64,000 nt of DNA from Tubulanus polymorphus (GCF_964204645.1 NC_134030.1:8769222-8833221); one strand, 5' to 3'; positions 1 to 12,844 are shown, numbered from the stretch's first letter. Notes: generated from the letters alone by a model not told the origin. A program made the numbers and translations.

Positions 1-862
1 ATGCCTCTTGGTGACCATATAGAATAACTAATGTCCTTAAAACTTGCCACAATCATAGACAATGTCATGAGCTACAACTTTGCAATTGATTGTGGTTACA
101 AAATATGCATTGATACGAATATAATATGGAAAGATATTGTATTATTCAATGCACACTGGGCCATATACAAAACCAATGACCTTGAAACTCACCACAATCA
201 TAGATCATGTTATGAGCTACAACTTTCTTATTGATTGTGGTAACAAAATACGCCTAGGTATCAATATAATGTGGAAAATTTTTTTCCCACCTAGGAATGA
301 GTACTGATGACACCAAGATGGCCGCCAATTGCGTCATAATTGGCTGATCAAAAATACCTGTCTCAGGTATAAAACATCCCTTTCTTAAGAATACCCATCA
401 CAAATTGCAATGAGAAATGGCAAACAAGTAGGAAGCTACAGGACTCGGAATTCAGGCCAAAATTGACATTTTTTGGCATTAAAAAAGGTCATAGGATGGC
501 CATCTTGAGTTCGATCGACCCAATTTTTGTTATGCTGATGGGCCCTGGGGGGATGCACATACATCCGAAAGATCAAAAAGTTCCCTCAAAAAGTTAAAAA
601 ATGTGTAAAAAGTGTTGATTTTGGCGAACATCAATGGCTGCCAGTCGGCCATCTTGATTCTGACAGGGCCAGTTTTGGGGCTGAAGATGTGTCTAGGGTA
701 GATACATGTGTAACCTAAATATCAAGACATTACATTGAAGCGTCTTCAAAACTTCCCAAAATAACTGGATTCCGTCTACGGACGGACGTACGCTATGACG
801 GACAATGGACGAAAAGTGAACGCAATAGCCCACTGGGACTAAAGTCCCAAGTGGGCTAAAAA
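1..862 (+). mobile_element. Helentron-associated non-autonomous element (HINE/pearl-like), copy 1, cut by the window start
   Basis: ~155-bp tandem core repeats, a degenerate (GACG/GGAC)n tract at ~777-810, and a 3' hairpin TAGCCCAC-TGGGACT-AA-AGTCCCA-A-GTGGGCTA (826-858) followed by an A-run. Near-identical to 2490-3352. Confidence 0.65.
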
Positions 863-1925
863 GGTTCAAACAATGTCTAAAAGTGCTGATTTCAAAATGT
901 ATCAGAATAACTGGATTCTGTCAAGCTCGGGACAATGACACAAAGCGGATGCGATAACCCGCTTAAGTCCATTTCATGTGGCTAAAAAGGTATGAAATAA
1001 CTAAACTGATTTACCATCGGTTGTGGAAAGTCGACTCATATCTGTCATAAGACTCTCTCTATGTGATTCAACTGCAGATTGATTGGCATCTTTCACACCA
1101 ATTTGTATCGAACTCGGTGGTCCATCTTCCTGTAAAAATCAAAAATATGAACATGCATAAGCAATTGAGTAGTGGTTGAAATTGAGACCAAAATTGACAT
1201 TTTTTGGGTACGATAAAAGGTCACAGGACGGCCATCTTGCATCCGATTGACCCAAAATTACTCTCATGCCGATGCACCCTTCGGGTATACAATCTGATAG
1301 ATCAAGGTAATTGATCAGAATCTTCAAAATTCCCTTGAAAACTTCAAAAATGAGTAAGAAAGTGCTGATTTCAGCGAACAAAAAAGGCCACCAGTCAACC
1401 ATGTTGATTCTGACCAAGCTCAGTTTTTGGGCAGAAGATGTATCTAGGGTAGATGCATGTATATAAATACATTAAATCAATTAAATTAATATATTTCTAT
1501 GAATGATATAGGGCCCATTACATTTTATAGATTGAACCAATCTATTGGGTCCATGAAACAGCTGGTTTCCTGTGTAATAACTAATACATTCCACATGATA
1601 GATTGTACCGACCTATTGGGTCATTTGTCTTATAGTACATAATAATCCATATGATAGATTTTACCATCAGACCAATCTAACTCTGGGTTTCCTGTGTTAT
1701 AACAATACATTCTATCATAGATTTCCCTCAATTCGGGGATTCCTATGTGATGAATAATATACATTAATAGGCCTATACATTAATGTTTTGAACACATACG
1801 CCTAATTGGTTTTAATACGACCAGTGAAACTGTGCAGTTTTAATAAACCATTGTTTTTATATCCATTTTACGCTGTATTGAAAGATTGCCAAAAAGTTTT
1901 CATTTTCGCATGTTGAAATGAGAAA

Positions 1926-3352
1926 CTAGGGGTCCAGGGACACCATGCCCACTTGGGAAATGGTTTCAAATGCTCAACAATCTAACAATTTCAATATTCA
2001 ACGCCCCCTGGTGACCATTTACAAAAACCAACGACCTTGAAACTCACCAAAATCATAGAACATGTCAGCAGCTACGATTTTGTAATTGATTGTGATAACA
2101 AAATATGCCTCGTTACCAATTTAGTATGGAAATACTAAGTCATTCTACTATTCAACGCCCCCTGGTGACCATATTCAAAACCCAATGACCTCGAAACTCA
2201 CCACAATCATAGAACATGTCATGAACTACAACTTTGCAATTGATCATGGTAACAAAATATGCCTAGGAGCGAACTCTTTTATCAGATCGGAGAATCCGTT
2301 TGCCGCCAATCGTACTCTTTTATTGGTCACGTGACTTTTTGGAGTCTCCGAAACCTCCTTTCTGTCGAGGTGGTGTGATTCGGATTTTGTGTGGAGCCAA
2401 CCGGAGATTTCGGACGGAGACTTCGGAGGTCATAAAAGAGTACGCCCTTGGTACCAATATAATAAGGAAATACTAAGTTATTCTACTATTCAACGCCCCC
2501 TGGTGACCATATAGAAAAACTAATGTCCTTAAAACTCACAACAATCATAGATGATGTCATGAGCTACAACTTTCCAATTGATTGTGGTTACAAAATATGC
2601 ATAGGTACGAATATAATAAAGAAATGCTAAGATATTGTATTATTCAACGCCCCCTGGTGGCCATATACGAAATCCAATTACCTTGAAACTCACCACAATC
2701 ATAGAACACGTTATGAGCTACAACTTTCTAATTGATTGTGGTAGCAAAATACGCTTAGGTATCAATATAATGTGGAAAAACTTTTTCCCACTTACGAATG
2801 AGTACTGGTGACACCAAGATGGCCGCCAATTGTGTCATAATTGGCTGATGAAAAATACCTGTCTGAGGTATAAAACATCCCTTTCCAAAGAATACCCATC
2901 ACAAATTGCATTGAGAAATGGTAAACCAGTAGGAAGCTACAGGACTCAGAATTCGGGCAAAAATTAACATTTTTGGGCACTAAAAAGGTCATAGGACGGC
3001 CATCTTGAGTCCGACCGACCCAATTTTTGTTTCGTTGATGGGCCCTGGGGGGATTCATATATATCCGAAAGATCAAGGTAATTGATCGAAGCGTCTTCAA
3101 AATTTCCCTCAAAAAGTTCAAAAATGTGTAAAAAGTGCTGATTTTGGCGAACAACAATGGCTGCCAGTCAGCCATCTTGATTCTGACAGGGTCAGTTTTT
3201 GGGCTGAAGATGTGTCTAGGGTAGATACACGTGTAACCTAAATATCAAGACGTTACCTTGAAGCGTCTTCAAAACTTACTGGATTCCATCTACGGACGGA
3301 CGGACGAAAAGTGAACGCAATAGCCCGCTGGGACTCCCAAGTAGGCTAAAAA
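1926..3352 (+). mobile_element. Helentron-associated non-autonomous element (HINE/pearl-like), copy 2
   Basis: Begins after AAA at CTAGGGG. Four ~155-bp core repeats (ACGCCCCCTGGTG at ~2001, 2155, 2493, 2647), (ACGG)n at 3292-3306, terminal hairpin and A-run. This layout is the established HINE/DINE/pearl organisation. Confidence 0.7.
2267..2447. mobile_element. MITE, probably PIF/Harbinger, inserted in a HINE core repeat
   Basis: TIRs GAGCGAACTCTTTTAT / ATAAAAGAGTACGCCC with TAG/TTG flanks. Removing it restores the core-repeat sequence GCCTAGGTACCAAT. Confidence 0.6.
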
Positions 3353-4716
3353 TAAGCCATTTTTGAAATTCTAACAATATGCGTCCTGAGTTTCCATGCC
3401 TACGAACCATTGATTTTTGATGATTTGATTATAATTTCAAATGGTAGGCACGGAAACATATTGTTAAAATTGATTTACAGTCAACCCACAATATACCAGT
3501 TTCACTGGTAGTACGATGATCAAATTCAGGTAGGCCTACAGTATGTGTTCAAAAGTTTTAGAGAAATATCCCAAATAATCGACTTTCGGTCTAAAGTCCC
3601 TAGTGGGCTAAAAAGGTATGAAATAACTAAACTGATTTACCATCGGTCTCGGAAAGTTGACTCGTATCTACCATAAGACTCTCTCTATGTGATTCAACTG
3701 CGGATTGATTGGAATCTTCCACACCAATTGTATCGAACTCGGTGGTCCATTTTCCTGCGAAAATTAAAAATATGAACATGCATAAGCAATTGAGTAGTGG
3801 TTGAAATTGAGACAAAAATTGATATTTTTTGGGTACGAAAAAAGGTCACAGGATGGCCATCTTGCATCCGATTGACCCAAAATGTCTCTCATGCTGATGG
3901 AACCTTCGAGTACACGATCTGATAGATCAAGGTAATTCGATCAGTGTCTTCAAAATTCCCTTGAAAACTTCAAAAATGAGTAGGAAAGTGCTGATTTCAG
4001 CGAACAAAAATGGCCACCAGTCAACCATGTTGATTCTGACCAAGCTCAGTTTTTGGGTACAAGATGTATCTAGGGTAGATACATGTATATAAATACATTA
4101 AATCAATTACATTAATATATTTCTATAAATGATAATGGGCCTATTACATTTTATAGATTGTACCTATCTATTGGGTCGATCAAACAGCTGGTTTCCTGTG
4201 TAATAACTAATACATTGCACATGATAGATTGTACCGACCTATTGGGTCCTTTGTCTTATAGTACATAATAATCCATATGATAGATTTTACCAGACCAATC
4301 TAACTGTGGGTTTGCTGTGTAATAACAATACATTCTATCATAGATTTCCCTCAATTCGGGGATTCCTAGGTGATGAATTATATACATTCAGTATGATAGA
4401 CTTTAACAAACATTGGGCCTAATGGGTCCTTTTAGGTGATTAGTTAGTACTTGGTGGAAATGTCAATGTCAATCTGTCATGTTGACTCATCTGTCATGTC
4501 TCTCCATGTGGTTAACCTGTGGATTGATTGGAATCTTCTGCACGACTCGTACCGAACGCGGTGGTCCATCTTCCTATGAAAATAAAAAATATGAACATGC
4601 ATAAGCAATTGAGTAGTAGGCCTAGTTGAAATTGAGGCCAAAATTGACATTTTTTTGGTACAAAATAGGAAACAGAACGGCCATCTTGCATCTGAAAACA
4701 TTCGGTTGGTTTTCAC

Positions 4717-4790
4717 GAGCTCGGTGATCTAGTGGGATGACGCTGCGCTAGTAATTTACTTGCCCGGGTTTGAGTCTCGCTCTAGCCGCT
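4717..4790 (+). mobile_element. tRNA-derived head (A-box/B-box-like) at the start of a ~2.6-kb insertion (~4693-7280)
   Basis: GAGCTCGGTGATCTAGTGG...CCCGGGTTTGAGTCTC resembles Pol III A and B boxes. It does not form a complete cloverleaf. Confidence 0.45.
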
Positions 4791-5029
4791 CTATTTTCTC
4801 TACACTTTCCTTGAATTTTCTAAGTTGCGCACCTCCGTGCGCATGTGCGGCGTAAATCAGCCAATCAGCGACAATGTACGTTAAATAGCGGAACTAAATG
4901 TCGCAGCCGAAACACTCCAATCCCTCTTAGGGGACCGGCGGCTGCTGTTCAGGGTCGTTCTGCTTTTGCCCGGAACTTGTTGCCAAGACGTCCCCTTCTA
5001 CTTCCACTCTCTGTAACAGTAAAACGGTC

Positions 5030-6855
5030 AATGTCGGTCGATGTCGGTCCTCGCGTTGAGAACGGACAACAGTGCTTAATTCAGTGAACTCCCTACACAA
5101 ACGTTATCGGTCGTTGTCGGCCCTCGTGTTGAGGACACTAGACTCGTCTTTCCCACGCGAACAATGTCGAGAGACGTCGGTTCCCGCGTTGAGAACCGAA
5201 CGGCGGCATTCTCTTAAGCGAACGTGAACGGTAGACACGTCTCTATCGCACAAACGATGTCAAGCGATGTCGGTTCTCTCGTTGAGGATCGAACAGCGGC
5301 GCCTCCTTAGCGAGCTTCTCGCACGATCGATCTCGGTCCTCCCGTTGAGGAACGAACAGCGGCGTCTCCCTAGCAAGCCTTTTGCACGATCATAGTCGAT
5401 CCTCTCGTAGAGGATCGAACAGCGGCGACTCCTTAGCAAGCTTCTCCTACGATCAATTTGGAGACATCGGTCAACATCGGTCCTCTCGTTGAGGGTCGAA
5501 CAGCAGCGCGCCATTAGCGAGCATCTCGCACGATCCATGTCGGTCCTCCCGTTGAGGATCGAACGGCGGCGTCTCCTTAACGAGATTCTCGCACGATCGA
5601 TGTCGGTCCTCCCGTTGAGGATCGAACAGCGGCGACTCCTTAGCGAGCTTCTCGCACGATCAATTTGGAGCAACGTCGGTCCTCCTGTTGAGGAACGAAC
5701 AGCAGCGCGCCCTAAGCGAGCTTCTCGCACGACCGATGTCGAGCGATGTCGGTCCTCTCGTTGAGGAACGAACAGCGGCGTCTCCTTAACAAGCTTCTCG
5801 TACGATCGATCTCGGTCCTCCCGTTGAGGATCGAACAGCGGCGTCTCCTTAACAAGCTTCTCGTACGATCGATCTCGGTCCTCCCGTTGAGGAACGAACA
5901 GCGGCGTCTCCCTAGCAAGCCTTTTGCACGATCAAAGTCGAGCGAAGTCAGTCCTCTCATTGAGGATCGAACAGCGGCGACTCCTTAGCGAGCTTCTCGC
6001 ACGATCAATTTAGAGCAACATCGGTCCTCTCATTGAGGGTCGAACAGCAGCGCGCCATTGGCGAGCATCTCGCACGATCGCTGTCGGTCCTCCCGTTGAG
6101 GATCGAACAGCTGCGTCTCCTTAACGAGCTTCTCGCACGATCGATGTCGGTCCTCCCGTTGAGGATCGAACAGCGGTGTCTCTTTAGCGAGCCTTTCGCA
6201 CGATCGATGTCGGTCCTCCCGTTGAGGATCGAACAGCGGCGTCTCCTTAGCGAGCTTCTCGCACGATCAATTTGGAGCAACGTCGATCCTCCCGTTGAGG
6301 AACGAACAGCAGCGCGCCCTTAGCGAGCTTCGCGCACGACCGATGTCGAGCGATGTCGGTCCTCTCGTTGAGGGTCGAACAGCAACGCCCCTTAGCGAGC
6401 TTCTCGCACGATCGATGTCGATCCTCTCGTTGAGGGTCGAACAGCAGCGCCCCCTTAGCGAGCTTCTCGCACGATTGATGTCGAGCGATGTCGGTCCTCT
6501 CGTTGAGGAACGAACAGTAGCGCGCCCTTAGCGAGCTTCTCGCACGACCGATGTCGGTCCTCTCGTTGAGGGTCGAACAGCAGCGCGCCCTTAGCGAGCT
6601 TCTCGCACGACCGATGCGAGTGATGTCGATCCTCTCGTTGAGGGTCGAACAGCAGCGCCCCTTAGCGAGCCTCTCGCACGATCGATGTCGATCCTCTCGT
6701 TGAGGGTCGAACAGCAGCGCCCCTTAGCGAGCTTCTCGCACGATCGATGTCGATCCTCTCGTTGAGGGACAAACAGCAGCGCCCCCTTAGCGAGCTTCTC
6801 GCACGATCGATGTCGAGGGATGTCGGTCCTCTCGTTGAGGAACGAACAGTAGCGA
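5030..6855. repeat. GC-rich minisatellite, ~27 units of mostly 62-63 or 73 bp
   Basis: Unit CGATCGATGTCGGTCCTCCCGTTGAGGATCGAACAGCGGCGTCTCCTTAGCGAGCTTCTCGCA. The 73-bp units carry an extra ~10 bp (GTCGAGCGAT). Confidence 0.95.
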
Positions 6856-8316
6856 CTATTTCAGCGGACGTGTACGGTGGACACGCCAGCACACTCCGCC
6901 TTGGAAGACTCCAACTCCTGCTCCTGAGAACTAGAGATTAAAATAAAAAGCATAGACTGATAGAATATGCCAGTAGTTTTATTACGACTGTCTCCCCGAA
7001 CAACCAGTTTTCGACTGGCTAAACAACTCTGGAAGACGACTCCCCTCTGCCTGCGGACTACCATCCGGACCCAAGATGGCAGCACCATCCAATACCCGAC
7101 TGTACAAGTTAAACTACCTACCACATAAACACTCAGCCGTATACGACACGTTACTAGATCTTGGTCTTATATTTCCCAATAAAATCAACTTAAGGTCTTA
7201 AGTTCCAAGTTAGTCTGAATACCAGTCGTTGTTACCGAATACCGGTTCCCTACAACCAACGACTAGGTACTAGACCAGTTCCAAGTGGGCTAAAAAGATA
7301 TGGAATAACTAAACTGATTTACCATCGGTTGCGGCAAGCTGACTCATAGGCCTATCTGTCATAAGACTCTCCATGTGGTTCAACTGCGGATTGATTGGAA
7401 TCTTCCACACGACTTGTAGGCTTATCGAATTACTTTATAGGCCTAAAGCAATTGAGTAGTAGCTAAAATATATACATGATCAGGGATGAAAACGGCCCAT
7501 ACTGAAAAAGTTGGAAAATAGGCCTAATGGAAAAAAAATTTTTTGGGAAACAAAAATCAGTAACTTTTAGCCAAAAATCTTACTTTCTTTTGGTCAAAAT
7601 GTCAATAGTTTGGGCTTGAATTACAGCCGCTCTTTGAATGAGATGCCATATTGGTTTCTCCGACTCCACAGTTGTGCTAACTACTGCCAAAAGCCGGCTT
7701 AGGGAGCACTCCTAACTACGGAGCACTCCGATGTGAATCCTTAGTTATGCCATCCAATATAAGCCTAAAAGTTCCACCATAGACCTAGGCCTATCTCTTC
7801 ACAATCACACCCCCAAGATAAATTGGCTGTGACTGTGTTGGACTACCGGTGCCGACCTGATTACACCTGCGGTAGGCCTAAAAGCCTGAATTAAAATATC
7901 ATGCCAAACGAACGAAATCAAGAGTAAAAGTCGCCCCAAATATGTCCGGTTTGTTTAGGCCTACTACGGTCCATGGGTGTATTGTTTGGCAACTGTTCAG
8001 TGACATAGAATTGGCCTACTGAATTGAATTATTCAAAGAACATTCAATGAATCTATTGTTAACGTTAGGCTAGTTAACGATAGCCTAACCTGTCAGTGGT
8101 TTAGTTTCACGATCGGATATTTTCACAAACCACACGTTGATATAAGCCCATCCGATTATAAAAAGCTTACCACCGACGATTAGGTAACTAACTCAGTTGA
8201 TACGAGCAAAAAGATTTCATTTATCAATAGTACTTACCCAACAAGCCGTGCATAAACGCTAAACATAATTCCGAATCGAAACGACGATAATGGCCGCCAC
8301 GTTGATGTGATCCTTG

Positions 8317-8386
8317 AATCTGATTGGTCGAGTCATACGAATCAATCTGATTGGTCGATAGATATATATCAAATCTGATTGGTCGA
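8317..8386 (-). promoter_or_regulatory. Three regularly spaced CCAAT boxes (AATCTGATTGGTCGA x3)
   Basis: Identical 15-mers at 8317, 8344 and 8372, spaced 27-28 bp apart. Confidence 0.5.
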
Positions 8387-8630
8387 ATCATACATAACGT
8401 TTCCGGAGTTCACCACCAGAGGGGTGTTGTGTCGCTACTCAACGACCCAATATGCGTTTCTGCCACATACGATATAATAATGTATGGGTGCTAACCACAT
8501 CAGCTAAATAATTGGGGCCAAAATTATTGGGTCCTAGTCCCAATAGATAGAAAATGACCCAATACGACAGAGAGGCCCCAATACTCCGAGTCTCAGAATC
8601 ACGCATGTCCCGATAAGTTGGCGTTTATAA

Positions 8631-8633
<3 letters not shown>

Positions 8634-8710
<77 letters not shown>
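8634..8710. repeat. (TA)n microsatellite
   Basis: Perfect TA run. Confidence 0.99.
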
Positions 8711-8712
<2 letters not shown>

Positions 8713-9421
8713 AACTGCAGTTATAAAGAAAATCATTTATGAATAAAGGAAAGTTAGTGCAGAAACACTTTTGTATTTTCTTGAAAAGGAAGTAAAAATT
8801 CTTTACGTTACAAAGTCATCGCAACAACCAGTTGTATTGAACACCAGACGTCGTTTTATATAAATGGAAACTAGTTCTCTTTTCTCGATCCAAATAAACT
8901 CGGCGTGTATAGACCAAGCGGCGTACAGAATGTCAAAATGTATTTTGCGAACTAGCGTTATAAATTCGTAGCATCTGAATAATATCATTCATAAATAAAC
9001 TATACATGTGTTTTCGTTTCGATCATTGCGTTGCACTGAATAGAGAAATAGATGCTGTTTTATGCACCGGAAAATGCAGAAGAAACTTCCAACAGCAATT
9101 ATAGATTCTATGACCTGATCCATAGCAAGAATCGATTGATGCACCTCGTATATAGTCCCCAGCTCAAGATAGAATTCATTCAGTATATCTCATATGCACT
9201 TTTAAAATAACCCAAAAAAGACGATTCTTCGAAATAACAAAAGAACGAAAGTATATATGAAACGATTGAACAAGTTTCAAGCATTTTTAATAGTTGCCCT
9301 AGATCACGAATTCTTGTCGACGCAAAACATAGCGATAAAAAGCACCTACTCGCGCGACACTTAAGAGGACGCCCTCCATAATATCGGAAATTCAGACGCA
9401 TATTAATTTGACGCTATCAAT

Positions 9422-12002
9422 ATGAGTAGTTACGAACAAGTAAGTGTAGGCGAAACCCTATTGCTACTTCACTCCGTGTCGGCCTAGACGCGTAATGCAT
9501 TGTATTTTCTAATTTGTGTCTGGAAACCAGGGACGGATTCAAGAATTTTCATTATTCAATTTGAAAAAATAGAGTAATTTTCTAAGAATCTAAAGTAATT
9601 CTAGAACAAAAAAAGTGGAAATAATTTTCCATTGTATGCGTTACTTTCTTAAACCAGGTTGTGGAAATGTGGCTTATTAGGCCCCCTTGGATCCACTCCC
9701 TGGAGTCACATGTTACTAATCCAGCATTGCTGCAAAATTGTGCATGATAAGTTATAAGGGCCTAATGATTGGAACATGATTACGTAAGTCCTTATTTCCG
9801 CCTAGAAAGCCAATTCTTTCTCAAGCGTTTAAAATGTATCTAATTTAACACATTATTGATATGTAGTGCGCCGGGTATTATAAAAAAAAAGAAAATCAAC
9901 AGCGCTGCGTTGTTATGTGAAAATTATCAAGTACAAAACAGACGATCAACTAAAAGCTGCTACCCTTCTTAACTCAAAGTTTTTCAGAGAATGTGATAAA
10001 GACGGCAATGGTGAAGTATGCAGAAAAGAATTTGAAGATAGAATGAAACGTGGAAACGTGTCTCAGCAAAAAATTGATGTACGTAATGATAAATAATCAA
10101 CTTACGTAATTGTATGGGTTACAACTGAACACAACGACCGTAGGACCGATTCCTCGGCACAAAAATAAATCGGTGGCATAAGCGACAGTATCATTGACTT
10201 TTTAACTGTTCTCAATGAATTGTGACTGTATAACTGTATGTGCATCTTCTTTATCTAATCAAAAATATGATTTGAGACTATTCGTTCGCGTGGTAGATTA
10301 TACAGCAAAATCTTTTTGTTCAGGACCAACAAACTTTAGTTTGACTATATGCGTGCCATGTTCCACATTCAAATGAGAATCTCAGGCCCATGCCGAGTTT
10401 TTTTTAAGGGGCAGTTCAGTTTCAAAAGGGCACTTTCACCGTGAAAAATGACAGATCTTAGATATGAGGTGCCCGGGTACCTGAACAAATCATTTGAGAA
10501 TGGATCCTTTCCATTTTACAAAAATAAAATATTGTCTTGGAAAAATCTTGACTACACTTTTCTGACACTGACTTTTTGAAGAGCACTTTGAAAATCTTAG
10601 GGGGTTAATTCGCTACCCCGAACCCCCTCCCCTCGGCACATCTTCACATGTCAAGGGATTCGAACCCACTACGCTAAAGCTGTTCCCCGAACCCCTTGAC
10701 CTCACGAGTCGTTGGAGTCGTTACTAGCCGACCAGAATCCGGTCGTACCAATCACAGCGCTTGTAACAAACCGTCAGTAGACTTCTGTTGGTTTTCCCGT
10801 TAAATTTACCAATCAGCGAACGTTTTACCGAACAAGGAAGTATTTCGCAAATCGATATATGACGTCACGCGCAACAGCGCCAATAATGAAATCACGCTTC
10901 GTGAGGCCAGGGGGCTGGTGGAAGCGGGTTCGGGAGTGATACCGGACCCCTGGCAAGCGAGGATGCCCTCGGCACGGACTTGACTCCCATTCTTTTACCA
11001 CCGCTTTCACTTTCTCATTTCTGATTGGTTTTCTGTTTCATTAATTTTAGGAATTTTTCACTTTCTGCGATTTGGACGGGAATGGAATCATTTCATACGA
11101 TGAGTTTATGTCAGCCCTAACGAAGTACGTATGAGGATAGCAGACATGGATTTTTCGTCACGCGACAAGGCCTCGCGTAACAAAATCATCATATATCTTA
11201 CCAATTGATTAAAAAAAGGTTTTGCCAGGAATTTCCTTTGCTCTTCCCAATTCTAGAACTATATCATTTACAAGTTCGAAAGTTAAGCGATACAATTCAT
11301 TCATGACGTCACGTGCTAGATGGGTACATATTCATTCTTATGAATATACATGCAAGTTCAGTTGCTATCCTTCGTTTGTAATGGTGTATACATCCGTCCC
11401 TGATATGTTTTATGAACACTTTTTTGCCAGTGCATATGCTACATTGTTCAATTCGGCCAAAGCTGCAAGACCAAAGGCAAACTAAGGGGGCCATTATATA
11501 GATAATTATATAGAAATTATATAGCACAATAGAGAAGAACGGGTAGCGCGCGAGGAGGCAAATTTGGGCGCCAACCAATTCCTTGGGTGAAGTTCCACCG
11601 ACCAGTTCGTTGGGCCTTGAGTGGTCGCTGATCTTCGAACGAGCTAGTCCTTGGGGAAGAGAGAAATGGGGAACTTCTTGGTATATCGCTTTCACATGCA
11701 GATGTTCATCATCTTGCACGCCGGATACAAATCTTTTTGAACATATTTCTTTATCTGTGTTCTTCACTAATTACTTCAGGAATAACGAGGCCGATAAATG
11801 GCGACGCGTTTTTAACGGCTTCGACAAGGACCATTCTGGGTATCTGGAAGCTAGCGAGTTCGAACCGTTCCTCCGCGGAATAGGTCTAACCGAGAAACAG
11901 AAGGACCTAGCTCGCCGTTTCGTCAAGCAACACGACGACGACGGAGACGGAAAAATAAGCTTCAACGAATTCCTCAAATTCCTCAATGTAAAATCATGTT
12001 AA
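9422..12002 (+). CDS. Calmodulin-like 4-EF-hand calcium-binding protein, 137 aa; exons 9422-9439, 9980-10078, 11051-11124, 11780-12002
   Basis: Phase-consistent GT-AG joins give MSSYEQFFRECDKDGNGEVCRKEF...CDLDGNGIISYDEF...FDKDHSGYLEASEF...HDDDGDGKISFNEF...KSC*, with four EF-loop consensus matches. AATAAA at 12083. Exon 1 is short and joins via a weaker AAG acceptor, so it is the least certain part. Confidence 0.85.
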
Positions 12003-12224
12003 AATCCCATGTCAATTGTTCTAAGAATCAAACTAAAATCTTACAAAAGCAGTTTAATTGCTCTACTATTCAAACCAGACTCAATAAAAAAAGCCTATAG
12101 TTATAGCGAATAGTTTTACGTAGAAAAAAGGAGAATTTCTTCCGAGAAAGTGGCTTCTGTGGTTACCCTCTAGTATATTATGTATTTACGAGAAAATGGA
12201 GGAATAAAAAATTGTATCCAAGGC

Positions 12225-12435
12225 TAAAAAATTATACGCATATATCTGTTTTCTAATAATCATATTTTGTAAACTGCAATAGAATTTGTAATCAGTACAT
12301 TTCTATAGCTGCCGAGTCTGTTATGGTTAGCTTGGTCATGATTTCTAAGAAAGTAATGTACATGTACTCAAGGTAGATAGGCGGCCGGCCGGGTCAACTT
12401 TTAAGCTCAGCAGAAATGAGAAACGAAGTATCAAT
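12225..12435 (+). repeat. Dispersed ~200-bp repeat; other copies at ~16170-16345 (+), ~18620-18800 (+) and ~20105-20490 (-)
   Basis: Shared core ATCAGTTCATTTCTATAGCTGCC.GGTCTGTTATGGTTAGC...GGTCAACTTTTAAGCTC. Confidence 0.75.
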
Positions 12436-12801
12436 TTCAGCCAGAAATATTACTTACGACATGTAGGGATAAAATCAATACAGTTCGCTGGGGATTTTCT
12501 TCAGATTTCGTAACTATTGATGAAACTCATGTTCATAAAAATGTTGTTAGCGAATACACGACCTGTTGTAACGGTAATATGAAATTAAATATAGAAAATA
12601 TAAATGAATGTCGTCCGAATCAAAATGTAGAAATTAGTTCTATATATGTATATACACGCGTATTCGCTTAAATGATTTAATTATCTGGAAAACGTTGTCG
12701 GCTAGATCAAAGCGTGTAGGAGGATGGCCTCCTGACAGTTAAAACATGTATATCGATTCAAGTGAAAGGTTACATGCCGTGGTCATAGATGGCTGTATGA
12801 T

Positions 12802-12844
12802 CTACGAGCAATTATCTAAGTTTGAGTTAGATAATTGCTCGTAG
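12802..12844. mobile_element. 43-bp minimal TIR element with 7-bp flanking direct repeat
   Basis: CTACGAGCAATTATCTAA-gtttgag-TTAGATAATTGCTCGTAG, flanked by GTATGAT at 12795-12801 and 12845-12851. Confidence 0.6.

Larger units (their letters stand above)
960..4692 (+). repeat. Local direct duplication of a repeat block (960-1770 matches 3590-4390; partial copies at 4480-4692 and 7281-7470)
   Basis: Long stretches align by eye, e.g. GGCTAAAAAGGTATGAAATAACTAAACTGATTTACCATCGG at ~980, ~3606 and ~7288. Confidence 0.8.

Noticed and set aside
5260-6941. Arg-rich repetitive ORFs (DRARSSLRRRRCSILNGRTDI)
   Set aside because: By-products of a 63-bp unit. The 73-bp and 62-bp units break the frame repeatedly.
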